From Octopus sinensis (Eukaryota): 64,000 nt of DNA. A model generated the notes under the pieces. That model saw only the letters and a list, made by a program, of their open reading frames with translations. It was not told the DNA's origin and ran no database searches. Position 1 is the stretch's first letter, and each line of letters begins with the position of its first letter. A program made the position numbers and the translations under genes. Below are positions 39,481 through 52,506 of the stretch, piece after piece. The stretch spans positions 198,090,001 through 198,154,000 of the forward strand of contig NC_042997.1 of NCBI RefSeq assembly GCF_006345805.1. The letters run 5' to 3'.

Positions 39481-39710
39481 GATATATATATATATATACG
39501 TACATATATTCATACATATATATATATATATACGTACATATATTCATACATATATATATATACGTACTATATTCATACATATATATTATACATATATACA
39601 TATATATATACGTACATATATTCATACATATATATAATACATATATATACATATATTATATATACGTACATATATTCATACATATATATATATATATACG
39701 TACATATATT

Positions 39711-39751
<41 letters not shown>

Positions 39752-39800
39752 TATATATATACATACATATATATATACGTACATATATTCATACATATGT
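39481..39800. repeat. Minisatellite with anchor tacgtacatatattcatacat x7 in (TA)n
   Basis: Anchors near 39497, 39531, 39561, 39609, 39663, 39697 and 39776. Confidence 0.92.
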
Positions 39801-41042
39801 ATATACATATATACATTCACATATATATACATACATGTATATTTACATATATATATATGTGTATATATATATATATATAAACACATATAAACACACATAT
39901 AAACACACAGACATACGTGCGTTTCTGTGTATAGGTGTGTGTATACGATGTTATCGACTTCCAGAAAGCGTCTCTTTAATCCCTCACGTCTAATGCTTAC
40001 CAAGTGACCTATTCACCCATTAACTAACATAAAAAGCACAGATTTTTGTGTATTATATACTTTCCCTTGCTGAACAAGATTAATTCCACTCAAAGTCTAA
40101 TATTTCTAATCCATATTGCGACGGATTAAAAACAATATCCGCAATTCACATATTTGTTCACTTCGTCGGCAGTTTAGAAGACACTACCGTTTCAACCTAA
40201 ATATTTATTTAATGCGGTTTCAAACGTTTCATTTTGTTATGTAGAAAATTATCCTTTTGGGATGTTGTTATTACAATTCTGATTTCTTTTCTGTAATATG
40301 TTACTTGTCTTCTCATGTGATCTCTTGGAAATTATGGAAAGTAATAATAGGACGTTAAAATGTTTTAATAATATAATATAAAACTTCTACAACAAAGGAA
40401 TTCATTTCTATATCTTAGTTGAAGCATGAAAGAGTCAAACGCGCGCATAAACACACACATTCACTAATGGAATGTGTAACATACTTTAAAATAGTAACAG
40501 GGTTGATTTGTTCAAGTAAATCCTTCAAGGTGATGCTCCAAAATGGCTGCAGTCTAATGGATGAAACATAACACAACACAGGAATATATATGTGTGTGTG
40601 TGTGTATTGTTGTATTTCGGGACGGTCATTTTTTTCCAAATAAACACACATACAATACATCTTTTCTTTATTCGTTTATTACTGTTGTTATTTTAATTTT
40701 AATTCCTGTCCATTTCCTGGAAATCTTTCGTCACACATCTGTGATCTCTTCAGTGACACTTTTCGTTTTCGTGTGTGCTCTTACTCCACTTATTCAATTC
40801 TGTTCTAAGAAGTGTTTCCTAATCTATCCATGTTTGTGTGTGCGCGCGCCCGCGTGTATGTATGTGTATGCGCGCGTATGCCGGTGTGACATATTTTTAG
40901 GAGCAGTGTGGCCTTCCCATCGGCCCCATCCTCTCATCCGATTGCGCTGCTGCTGTCCTAAGACCCGAAAATATGGGTCAGTTCCTGTATTCCTCTGTGT
41001 ATGTGTGTTTGCCCACGGTGTTGCCATCGTGGTAGTTGTCAA

Positions 41043-41278
41043 GGCGGCGAGCTGGCAGAAACGTTAACACGCCCGGGCGAAATGCTTAGCGGTATTTCGC
41101 CGGCCGTGACGTTCTGAGTTCAAATTCCGCCGAGGTGGACTTTGCTTTTCATCCTTTCGGGGTCGATAAATTAAATACCAGTTACGCACTGGGGTCGATA
41201 TAATCGACTTAATCCGTTTGTCTGTCCTTGTTTGTCCTCTCTGTGTTTAGACCCTTGTGGGTAGTAAAGAAATAGGTA
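41043..41278 (+). mobile_element. SINE family B
   Basis: ggcggcgagctggcagaaacgtt...gagttcaaattcc...cttttcatcctttcggggtcgataaa core...aaagaaataggta. Confidence 0.92.
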
Positions 41279-42130
41279 GTTACTATTGTTGTTGTTATTG
41301 CCATCACTGTCACCGCCCCTGCAGCTATCGTTGTTAACCGTGTTGTTGGCATTGTTGTGGCCATCTGGGAAATTTGTTGCGTGTGTGTAATTGTGTATGT
41401 ATGGGTTTCCTTCGTATGTTGTATGTATCCGGGCCCTTTCTATAGTTTCATTTATTTATTTTATCTATCTCTATATCTTATATTTATCACAGGTATGTAA
41501 CAAATATATTTATGTATTTATTTATTTATCTGTTATATATATATTTATTCATCTTTATACATCTAGCTATATTTCTTTCTAAAATCTCTACAAGAAAGTG
41601 ATGTTAGTGGCTACATACATATATGAATATATGCATGTATGTATTTCAATATCCTTTTTCTCCTTGTGTCAGTCATTGGATGGTAGTCATGCTGGGACAC
41701 GACCTTGAAGTATTGTTAGTCGAATAAATTAACCCCAGTTGCACTGAAGAAACGTGGAACCATGAGGCTGGAAAGTGAACTTCTTACCACGTAGCCCCGC
41801 CTGCGCCATGGATATATAGATATGTGTACACACATACATTTATAGGACAACTGATGAAAAATACGAGAGTCTCTCATGAAAGTCAGTGTCACAAATTTTT
41901 TCAATATCTAAATCTAGGTTAAAACTTTTCACTGAAAATGCCATAAATACTGACCTGTGGCAATGCAATTAAAAGAAAGATATTTTCATGAGGAACTAAG
42001 CCAAATAAAGGCTGTGAACAACGGATTCAATTCTTGTGACTGAAGAAGTATAACGATGCAGAAACACATGGTCACCACTGAGCCATTCTTAAGCAAGTGC
42101 TATGTTTTCATGCATTGCATGTAAGGAAGT

Positions 42131-42686
42131 GAAAGCACGTGGCATGGTGGTTAGGGTATTTGTCTCACCGCCGTAAGATCGAGAGCTCGGTACCTGTTGA
42201 GGCGGCGAGCTGGCAGAAACGTTAGCACGTCGGGTCAAACGCGTAGCCGTATTTCGTCTGCCGTTACGTTCTGAGTTCAAATTCCGCCGAAGTCGACTTT
42301 GCCTTTCATCCTTTCGGGGTCGATAAAGTAAGTACCAATTACGCACTGGGGTCGATGTAATAGACTTAATCCGTTTGCCTGTCCTTGTTTGTCCCCTCTG
42401 TGTGCAGCCCCTTGTAGGTAGTAAAGAAATAGGTACCTGTTGAGACGTTGTGTCCTTGAGCAAAACACTTTATTTTATGTTGCTCAAATCCACCCAGCAA
42501 ACAAAAATGATTAGCACCTGTATTTCAAAGGGCCGACTTTGTCATGTCCTGTGTCACACTGAATCTCTCTGAGAATTACGTTAAGTGTCTGTGGAGTGCT
42601 CAGCCACTTGCACGTTAATTTCACGAGCTGGCTGTTTCGTTGATCTGATCAACTGAAACCTTCGTCGTTGTAACCGACGGAGTGCC
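42131..42686 (+). mobile_element. SINE family C/D (head + core 1 + tail 4) split by a family B insertion
   Basis: Head gcacgtggcatggtggttaggg; core gtgtccttgagcaaaacactt resumes after the insert; tail ends gtaaccgacggagtgcc. Confidence 0.8.
42201..42435 (+). mobile_element. SINE family B nested, 13-bp TSD
   Basis: ggtacctgttgag at 42189-42201 and 42432-42444. Confidence 0.93.
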
Positions 42687-44674
42687 AGATTAGGAGCGGA
42701 GAATTTCTCTCCGAAAGCAGTTTGTGCAGCGATGATGTTGTTTCACGTTTCAGTGTACATAAGCATGCATGTTAAATATATATGTATAAATGTACATAAA
42801 TTTATATTCTAATCAACGCTGTTAAGTGTGCTGCTAGGTCGATATCTATGTAACGTAACTGCTTTAGATAATGTTATACATTGCAGTACTACCCCCGACA
42901 TCAACGTACACTTGGAATGTAAGCCTTACTAGTATGTCTCGTGCAGGAGAAATAAGAAACTAAAAAGAAATTGAAGAGCTCAAAGTTGAGCAATCCATCT
43001 TAGATTAGATTTCCTGTGATCAATAACCGCCCACTTGAAGATAATGGAAAACAAAAGAAAGAAGCAGTATCGAAGTTGCATTTATTACAGAACCGAGTGA
43101 GTTGCTCTGATGTAACGATTTCAAATGTTAAATAAATAGGGTTTGTTCTAACGACAGAAGGAATCGTTTCTCACTTGGGAAATTACGTTTCTTAATATTT
43201 TCCCTCAGAATGTTTGTAAAAGATAGACAATCCCATTTTAACCAGTGAAACGAAGATATTGTTTTCGAAACCAATACGGACAGAAATACACATTAAACTC
43301 CAAACAGTTTGCTCAAAGTAACACAAGATTAGATTAACTGTAACAGATTGCTGAGGTTGAATAATTTCTAAACCGCGAACTTTGTTACATAGGATTTGAT
43401 TTTGAGGTCTCGGGATTCACTCTAGATTTCATTTATCCAAGTTAAAAGTATTCGGTTACAATGACCATAAACAAACTTAGTACCATGGTGCCTTAGAAGC
43501 TAGACACATCCTTGTGCATATTTGGGGCACTGATTCCTAATATATCATGAATTTTGCCTCATCACCTCGTACGCTGAACTTAATGATGTTAGTTGTACCT
43601 TTCAGCTTGGCGCAGTGGATGTCAAACATACTTTTCAGTGTATTCGGGTCATTGATTACGAATATGCAGTCTGTTTTGTACAATCACATCTCCGGTTTTG
43701 GCCCTATAGAATGACGATTTATATGCTGTTGTATCCATTGGTCTACTGAAATATTATGGATCCTAGTTACACCATTTATCGTGGTGCCTTAAATTCAGAT
43801 CTATTGTTGGTATATATGGGGGTTGTTTCCAAAAATGGTGTCCGTTAGCTGTTAATATACAGAATATTAAGAAGGCGGAAAGCTGGGGGAATTGTTAGTG
43901 CGTCGGAAAAAGTGCTTAACAGTATTTTTCTCTGACTCCTTACATTCAAAGTTCAAATGCTGTCGAGATTAACTTTGTTTTTCAGCATTCAAAAATTGAT
44001 AAAGTGAAGTATTGGGATCGATGCTAAATCCCTTCCCTCGAAACTGTTGGCCTTGTAGCTAAATCAGGAACCAACAATATACTTGATGCTTGTAAAATAG
44101 TCACACACTACTAAATCGGTTTACTTCAGTAAAAAAATTTGTTTGTAATCACATTGGACAAAGAACATATCTGTTTTAAGCAGACATCTAGCCTGGATTA
44201 GTAAGCAAAATACTCTTAACTTTAATAAGCTGGCTGTCGTCTGACACCAAGAGCAAGGAGGAAAACCTCATCAAGGTATGACAAACATGGTTGTTGGTCA
44301 GTGTTGTAGAAATAAAGGGAACGGTTCGAAACAGCAACAAGATAAAAGTTATCAGACAAGCTTTCGGTGTGATTTTAAACAATTCCTAGAGATTTAAGAT
44401 CTTCAGAGCAAGGATAATATTCTGAATTTTTGTATATCGCATAAGACATAAGTTTTAAGTCTAATCGATATTGTAAATGTCACATCATAAACAACATAGA
44501 CCGTCTTGTTTAACAAAAATAACTTTTCTCTTTCTAAAGAATAACTGAACCAAACCTGAATAACATTGTTTGTAATTAATTTTCAGTCTGTGGTTTTCGG
44601 GCATAAAGTAAAACATGAATTTTCAGAGAGTAAATTTGTATATCATGTAACGTTAATGAATTTAGTGATATATT

Positions 44675-44870
44675 CTCTCTTTTTCTCTTTTACTCTTTTA
44701 CTTGTTTCAGTCATTTGACTGCGGCCATGCTGGAGCACCGCCTTTAGTCGAGCAAATCGACCCCGGGACTTATTCTTTGTAAGCCCAGTACTTATTCTAT
44801 CGGTCTCTTTTGCCGAACCGCTAAGTGATGGGGACGTAAACACATCAGCATTGGTTGTCAAGCAATGCTA

Positions 44871-44934
<64 letters not shown>

Positions 44935-45132
44935 AAGAAGCCCGTCGTATATATATATATATATATACGACGGGCTTCTTTCAGTTTCCGTCTACCAAAT
45001 CCACTCACAAGGCATTGGTCGGCCCGGGGCTATAGCAGAAGACACTTGCCCAAGGTGCCACGCAGTGGGACATAACCCGGAACCATGTGGTTGGTAAGCA
45101 AGCTACTTACCACACAGTCACTCCTGCGCCTA
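44675..45132 (-). mobile_element. SINE family A, well preserved, with an internal 60-bp palindrome
   Basis: Full family A reverse complement; extra inverted aaactgaaagaagcccgtcg at 44928-44947. Confidence 0.92.
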
Positions 45133-45721
45133 TTGTAGTCATATAATGTCAGTTTTCAACACTCTATTGAATAATACTGGGCATATATATGCATGGTTTC
45201 TTATTTGAAAGAACATTCATAATACCGCAGAAAAAAATGAAAAGATATAACACTTTACTACATTAAGACCATTGGTCGGTAATCTATAAAATCGAAATTA
45301 CTAATCCAAGTTGAAAGCACGTGGCCTAATAGTTACGATGTTATACGTTGTTCCTCAACTGTAAATAGGTTAAGCCAGCGACAGTATAATCTTCTGATCG
45401 GAGGGAATTTTGGCTTGCTTGCCTAGCCAGGGGGTGGGGGGTGGCATCATTTTAAAGCTACAACAATGCGAAGCGCATTGTGACTAACGATGTATAACAA
45501 TGTCCGATAGTCTGGTCGATACCTTGATCATACCGTGATTATACCATGATTAATCCAAGAGGATGATTGAAGATTTAACTCAAAATGTGTTTAAAATGCA
45601 TAAACAATTAGACCCTTGGAGAGCAGTAGCGTATATGCATAAGTCCATCCCTCGGTACAGTTGGTCAGTTCCCTGTGATTAAAATGGTGTTAGATGATGC
45701 GAAATTACATGAAAGAATCAG

Positions 45722-45828
45722 TCACGAGCCTGCATTGATTACATAAACGCTGTTAATTCAATCGCGCACGATTGGTTAAAAAAATACTCCAAGTCCATAT
45801 AATTATGAGATCAAATGAGGATTAGAAA
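45722..45828. repeat. Dispersed ~105-bp repeat, copy 1 (unknown class)
   Basis: tcacgagcct.cattgattacataaacgctgttaattcaatc.cgcacgat...gaggattagaaa recurs at 51126-51245. Confidence 0.8.
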
Positions 45829-46879
45829 TGTGGCAGACTACTTTTGCCGTTTCCAGTCTGTTGTGTGTGTGTACGTGTATGCGTTTGTGCGTGTGTCTGA
45901 GTGTGTATATGGTGTACCGTGTGTGTATTAAAGCTGTACATTATGCGAATGAGAAAAGGATATTTTGACGGAGGAAGATATCATTTCTAAGCTCATCTAA
46001 ATTGGAAAAAAAACTAGGCAGACTCAGCAATAATACATAATCAAATAATGGAGTGGTGTGTAGTAGACCTAAATTCTATAGAATTCCATAGACGGTACAG
46101 CTACGTAATTTCTAAAATATCTACCAAATATCCAACACCCATACACCTAAAAGGAGGTGATGGTAGGTAACTTATGAATGTTAGGAGGGAATTTAAGAAG
46201 GCAATTATCAATGTTACGTGATTCTTTTTTAATTTACTAGAGATTGGGAGAGAAAGAGAGACACGATCCATCCATTAAGGTTTGTTTTTTCAGATTTACT
46301 GTTCTCCCTTTCAGTTAGGTGTATGTCAAATCGGGTCTATTAAAAATTACATTAGCCTAAGATAACTCATAGGAGGTTCAAGCCTGTGACCTCTAACTTG
46401 CGAAGAAAACTTCTTCCACTTCCGTCAACTCTGCACATGCATACACACACACGCTACATGTATTCACACATCACACCTCGTTAACCAAGATGGGATTTGG
46501 GGATCCGCATGCAGATGCTATAGCTTCTAGTCATCTCTGTAGATGTTACACGTTTGTGACCAGAGCAACTAAAATTTGACCGCTCCAGAGGAACTTTCCT
46601 CTTAACAAAAAGCAAAAGATTAGGCATTGAAACCATCTAACTTAAACGGTATCTTTTCTTTAAGTAAACAAAGTTAAATGATTCTAATTTTTCCATTTAT
46701 TAATAATGTATTCACCCTCACCCCCGTCGAACCATACGAATTTTTCTCATTTATTCATTTATTGTAGGCTGTCTGTGATGGAAATTATGTGTGCAGGCAG
46801 CTTTTCGTAATTCGTTCCATGTCAAGAAATCTTAAGTTGACTGTACATAAGCGTGTGCGTGCATTTTATGTACATACGT

Positions 46880-47260
46880 GCATAAATACGTACACACATA
46901 CATAAATGCAAACACACAAACACACATATATACACACACACATATATACACACACATATATACACACACATATATACATATATATACATATACATATATA
47001 TATACAAATACACACACATATACATATATATATATACACACATATACATATATATATGTACACAGATATACATATATATATATACACACATATACATATA
47101 TATATACACACACATATACATATATATATATACACACACATATACATATATATATACACACACATATACATACATATATACACACACATATATATATATA
47201 CACACATATACATACATAGATACACACACACATATATACATATGTGTATGTGTACATACC
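46880..47260. repeat. Cryptic (TA/CA) simple repeat
   Basis: Recurrent tatatacacacacatatacata-like units. Confidence 0.9.
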
Positions 47261-47716
47261 TCTGTGTAGCCAATTGTCTGGACATATGACGGCACAATGC
47301 TATCATTATTTATTAACATAATACATATCCTGTCCTAATACAACTGACATAACTATCTAATCAGCCTTAAGAGGCTTATAAACTCTTCCTTCTCTCTGAT
47401 CCTTACGCACTCTCAATGGCCATCAATCATACCGTTTCAGTCCTTTGTCGCCGCTGTACAAGTAGTCAATAACAACTTTTATTTTACTGGTTATTCATTT
47501 CTGATTATATTTCGTTTGCATCAGATCTTCTTGGATATCGATAAAAGTGATGCCTGGAGCAGATACCCTTTCTCCATTCCAATACCATCGATACGTTGCT
47601 ATATATTAATTACAGCTGCTTTAATAAGTTTGCTGTTGTATAATCACATGTAACATCTGCCACATCTATGGCACGCACGTATCTGGTCGGATGACTAAGT
47701 GCTACCCACGTATGTA

Positions 47717-48282
47717 TTGGGTTGTCCGGAAAGTTCGTGCCGATTTTTAAAGGAAAGGAAAAGGTCAATAAATATTTGCCATTACGTTTTTAATCAACTA
47801 AATATGAACCATTTCGTTGCACAATGCGTCTCCATCTTTCCTTTAATTTGAAAATACCCTCTTCCCAGAATTGAGGTGGCTTCATAGCAAAGAGTTCATC
47901 AAGGTATCTTTTTACGTCATCCAAGGAATTGAAAGTTTTACCATTAAGATAATTCTTCAGAGACCTGAATAAGTGGAAATCCGAAGGAGCAATATCTGGT
48001 GAACATGGAGGGTGGGGTAACACATCCCAGCCGAGCTGCAGTAATTTTTATCTGGTTCCCAAATCATCAAGTGCCGAAAATAAACTTTCTTATCTTTCAT
48101 TTTAAAGGGTTACAGAATTAACACAGGTTATAGGAACATAAACCTTCTTTCACGAAAAGATAGCTTAAACTGTGCTCTAAATGGAGGTGTAGTCAATTCC
48201 TATTTTATGGATTCAACCATGTTCTAAAATAAGTCGAAAGGTAAGCTACTATAAATCGGCACGAACTTTCCGGACAACCCAA
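47717..48282 (-). mobile_element. Internally deleted mariner with perfect 30-bp TIRs and TA TSD
   Basis: TIR ttgggttgtccggaaagttcgtgccgattt at 47717-47746, exact reverse complement at 48253-48282, TA on both sides. The C-terminal ORF has LPHPPCSPDIAPSDFHLFRSL. Confidence 0.95.
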
Positions 48283-48769
48283 TAGTTTACCAGATATAGC
48301 ATATCTCATCTTAACTAAGACCTATAACCAATACTGCATGCTCTGACATGCAGTGGTGACTCATACTACGCACAACGTAGCAGTGTAACAGTTTTAACAT
48401 TTTCTAAACACTCCCGTTCATTCTGTCCCTCTACACCTCTTATGCTACTGTTAATATTATCTCCATGTCTGAAATGATCAACCATACATATACTTCTGAT
48501 GAAAAGAGTTTAATCAAAGATCATTGTATCTATTGGTCATACAGTCTGTATCTGATAGATTTATCTGATCTGTTTAACCTTTCATAGTGATGTGTGATTT
48601 GGAAACGGTCTGATTTGATTTCGCTATTGTATTTAGCAGATCAAATACCTATGTACAAATCCTTCGCCTGTAATCTCTTACGGCTTCGGTAGAAAGGTCC
48701 AAAATGCGCCAGCTGCTTTTCGTTTACTCTTATCATTGCTATTGTGCGACGCTGTTTCGGGTTAGTGCG

Positions 48770-48965
48770 TGTGTTGGGGCTGGGCAGATTGGAGCAATCT
48801 GGAACTCAAAAGATAATCTGGAACTCAACCGAGGAAAGAGAACTCCGAATGACCCATTCTTGTTTTCTTTGTATCGTCTATCTTCATGTTTTGTTGTCAC
48901 TTTTTTGTATCACCTAACTGCCTGCATGTCTTGCGTTCTTGTCCAATATTTTAATTTTTTTAATA
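48770..48965. mobile_element. Dispersed non-coding repeat, copy 2 (inverse of 33365-33665)
   Basis: Reverse-complement similarity; ends in a (TA)n tract. Confidence 0.75.
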
Positions 48966-48984
48966 TATAATATAATATATATAT

Positions 48985-49041
<57 letters not shown>

Positions 49042-49259
49042 ACACATTGTGAAAGAAGAAGGATTTGGAAATCAAGGCGGGTACCTTATTAACACCCTGA
49101 TATAATACAGACCTGACTAACCACATCGAATGTTACGAAACAATTGTTTGAGCTAAACAATTGCATTTCTTAATTCGATAGGTAAATTGTGGTCTCCTCG
49201 TTGGATTTGATATAACACATACAGAGTATATAATTAAGACACCATATAGTAGAATTGTG

Positions 49260-49309
<50 letters not shown>

Positions 49310-49500
49310 GTTAATCCAAACATGAACAAAGAGAAAATACTACAACGCGAATACGTAGAACAAGTATAGTGTTATTGGGCGCTCAGGAAAGGAAAGAAAG
49401 GAGGATTTAACGTTTGGAGCGGAGCTCTTCGTCAGAAACATAGAAAAAAGAAATGTCCAAGGAAGGGAAGATGGAGAAAGAAAATCGCCAACGATACACA
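49310..49500 (-). mobile_element. Second copy of the hammerhead-bearing short element
   Basis: Reverse complement of 13200-13397. The hammerhead at 49405-49439 reads CUGACGA-A-GAGCUCCGCUC-CAAA (G12 changed to C). Confidence 0.8.
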
Positions 49501-50569
49501 CGCACACACACACATATATATATATGTGTGTGTGCGTGTGTGTATGCGTGTACGGTGTGTGCGTATATATTTGTATGTATACGTGCACACACACACATAC
49601 GTGTGTGTGTATTTAAATGCATAACTGTAAGCAACAAAGCACATACACACACGATATTGTTAGTATGAAAATAGAGACATTATTGTTGATATATTTAAGA
49701 TTAAAGCGGTATTGTTTTCTGATCATTAAAACACGATGATAATAAATACAGAAACAGATATTAAACAGTTTAAATCTCATTCTTTTACATTGCAATTATT
49801 GTTGTATTCTCTGGAGATCTGTTGGAAAGCGAACGTTCACGCTTTTGTATACTACTCGGAAGTATGAAATGAAAGTCATTTCTTTAAACAGCTTTACAAG
49901 ATAATCCTGGATTAGAAAACATAGTGTAATAAAAAAAGAAACAAACAATCTTGAACTTTTAATCCCTTCGTCTAAAGGGAATACTATTAACAGTTTCCGC
50001 TACGTTTTGGTATGGAAGGTTCTATTAATTCTTCCAGAGTATTAACCACACTATATTAATTGCGGTAATCTGCGATTATATTAATAAATGGATGTTTTCA
50101 AAAGGATTTGTTTAGAGTGTTTGCTGATATAATGGTGTAAATCATTTTCAAGATCGGGTTATCTCGGTTATCCTGTGGATTTATAATTCACAAATAATTT
50201 TTTTTTTAGCCAAGAACAATTTTTCTTTTGCGAATCAAGAACCCTACAACTACTTTCACTGGTTTTAGCCTGAAGATGTGGCCATGCTGGGGCACTGCCA
50301 TTAATGTGATTGCTAGTTTATTTCTGTCTCACTTCCTCGGTCTTCTTTGTGGTTTTGTTTCTGGTTTTGGCGTTGCCTTTATTGCCGTGATTTGGATTCA
50401 TCTGGTACTTCCCTCTTCTCCCAATTTTTTTTTATCCTCCCTTACCTGGCAAACTCTATAAAAAGGCCAAGAAATCTATCTTTAAACCAATTTTTGATAA
50501 ATCTGATAACGGAAAAAAGCACTAAAATCTAAATAGATAAAACTATATATAATCGTCCAACATTCTGAC

Positions 50570-50684
<115 letters not shown>

Positions 50685-50695
50685 GTACATACATG

Positions 50696-50914
50696 CAGTA
50701 ATCCCTCGCCATATCGCGGTTCACTATCGCGGTTTATTATTTAAGCTTACACCGATTCCTCTGTGGTGTTTTGCATTTATAATAAAATAAATATATACAA
50801 ATTACAAAAATAATAAAAACAAACATACAGTTCAGTACTGTTTCTACTTCGCGGATTTTTACATATAGCGGTGTGTTTTGGAACATAACAACCACGATAG
50901 TCGAGGTATTACTG
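50696..50914. mobile_element. pogo/Tigger-like MITE
   Basis: TIRs cagtaatccctcg (50696-50708) and cgaggtattactg (50902-50914), extendable to about 25 bp with mismatches. TA follows the right end. Confidence 0.8.
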
Positions 50915-51125
50915 TATATATATTTGCAAATAACTCAGTTATTGCGAGTGGCATGGTGTAATAGCAAGTTCCTTGTGAAGTATACCAGAAGTGTTAAGGC
51001 TTTATGGCCAGGACATTCAGCATACGACTAAGATCATGAATCCTATTCCTGACAACACATTTTGTCCTTGAGCAAGAGACTATTTTTCACGTTGCTCAAG
51101 TCCACCCAGCTGACAAAAAGGTAAT

Positions 51126-51245
51126 CACGAGCCTACATTGATTACATAAACGCTGTTAATTCAATCTCGCACGATGGGTTAAAAAATACTGCAAGTCCAT
51201 ATAATTATGACATCAAAATGAACTTCTTTAAATGAGGATTAGAAA
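51126..51245. repeat. Dispersed ~105-120-bp repeat, copy 2, inside a degraded C/D SINE
   Basis: Lies between the SINE core (gtccttgagcaagagact...ccacccagctg) and a tail-4-like sequence; flanked by aaaaggta and aaaagggta. Confidence 0.7.
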
Positions 51246-51934
51246 AGGGTACGAGTTGTACCTGTGATTCACATTGTATATATCACGCTGGATCTCCTTG
51301 AGAACTGCGTTATGGATACGTGTGTTTGTGGACGTTCATTTTACGAGCAAACTCTTCCGTTGAACACTCGTCATCGTAATTACATGTCATGTTTCTTTAG
51401 TATGAAGCTCTAATCTAGTTATATGTTTGTCTGTATATCTGTCTGTCTTCGTATTTCGCTTGCTAGTTCATTTGCTTGCGTTCTCTTAAAAGGTAAACGT
51501 GCAGAACAAATGAGTAGGAGCGGAGAAGAGCTAGATAGCTAGTTAGTCAAATTGTTTGTTATCTGTACACATGCACATATGTAGGAAAGATAAGACCCTC
51601 TTCTATAATACAACCACGCTTATTGTACGTTTAAACAATTATTTCTTAAACATGGTAATAAAGTCAAATTTGGAAGTTATTCTGAAGCTCAATATATGAT
51701 TCATATATTCATATATGGTCTTCCAAAATTCCATACGGTAATCTTTCTTCGTACTTTAGAGGACATTCCAGTATTGGGAGAAATAATAATCAAGACTACA
51801 TACTTCACTCATAAGAAAATAGATATGTGCCAGAGAGTAGACATGGATTTTATTTGTAATGCAGAAGAAAGACATAAATAAAACAGTACAAGTAGGATTT
51901 TTACCGTGGTCATATATACAATATATATATACAG

Positions 51935-52250
51935 ACCCGTCCGTCCGTTCGTCCGTCTGTCTGTCTGTGTGTGTTTCTGTGTGTCTGTCTGTCTGTGTCT
52001 GTGTGTCTGTGTGTCTGTGTGTGTGTGTCTCTGTCTGTGTGTCTGTGTGTCTGCCTGTCTGTGTGTCTGCCTGTCTGTGTGTCTGCCTGTCTGTGTGTCT
52101 GCCTGTATGTCTGTGTCTGTCTGTCTGTCTGTCTGTCTGTGTCTGTCTGTGTGTCTGTCTGTGTGTCTGTCTGTGTGTCTGTCTGTGTGTGCGTATGTGT
52201 GTGTGTGTGTGTGTCTGCCTGTGTGCCTGTCTCTCTATCTCTATATGTAT
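51935..52250. repeat. (GT)n/(GTCT)n compound microsatellite
   Basis: Read directly. Confidence 0.95.
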
Positions 52251-52298
52251 CATCTATCTATATCCATCTATCTACACACACATCCATACACACACGCA

Positions 52299-52334
<36 letters not shown>

Positions 52335-52341
<7 letters not shown>

Positions 52342-52390
52342 GATATGCATATATATATGATATACATATACACTCGCACACATATATGTA

Positions 52391-52450
<60 letters not shown>

Positions 52451-52506
52451 TGCATATATGTGTGCGAGTGTGTATGTATATCATATATATATGCATATCA
52501 TATATA
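52335..52506. repeat. Near-perfect ~170-bp palindrome centred on (TA)n
   Basis: Arms of about 58 bp (..tgatatgcatatatatatgatatacata.acactcgcacacatatatg.atgcata) with 2 mismatches. Confidence 0.9.

Noticed and set aside
36067-39800. CRISPR-like look of the anchor/spacer arrays
   Set aside because: The spacers are only microsatellite, the context is eukaryotic and there are no cas genes.
48815-48860. ccgagga...ctccgaatgaccc (and 33465-33500) as a hammerhead
   Set aside because: Neither copy has CUGANGA or GAAA intact; only a family consensus could rescue it.
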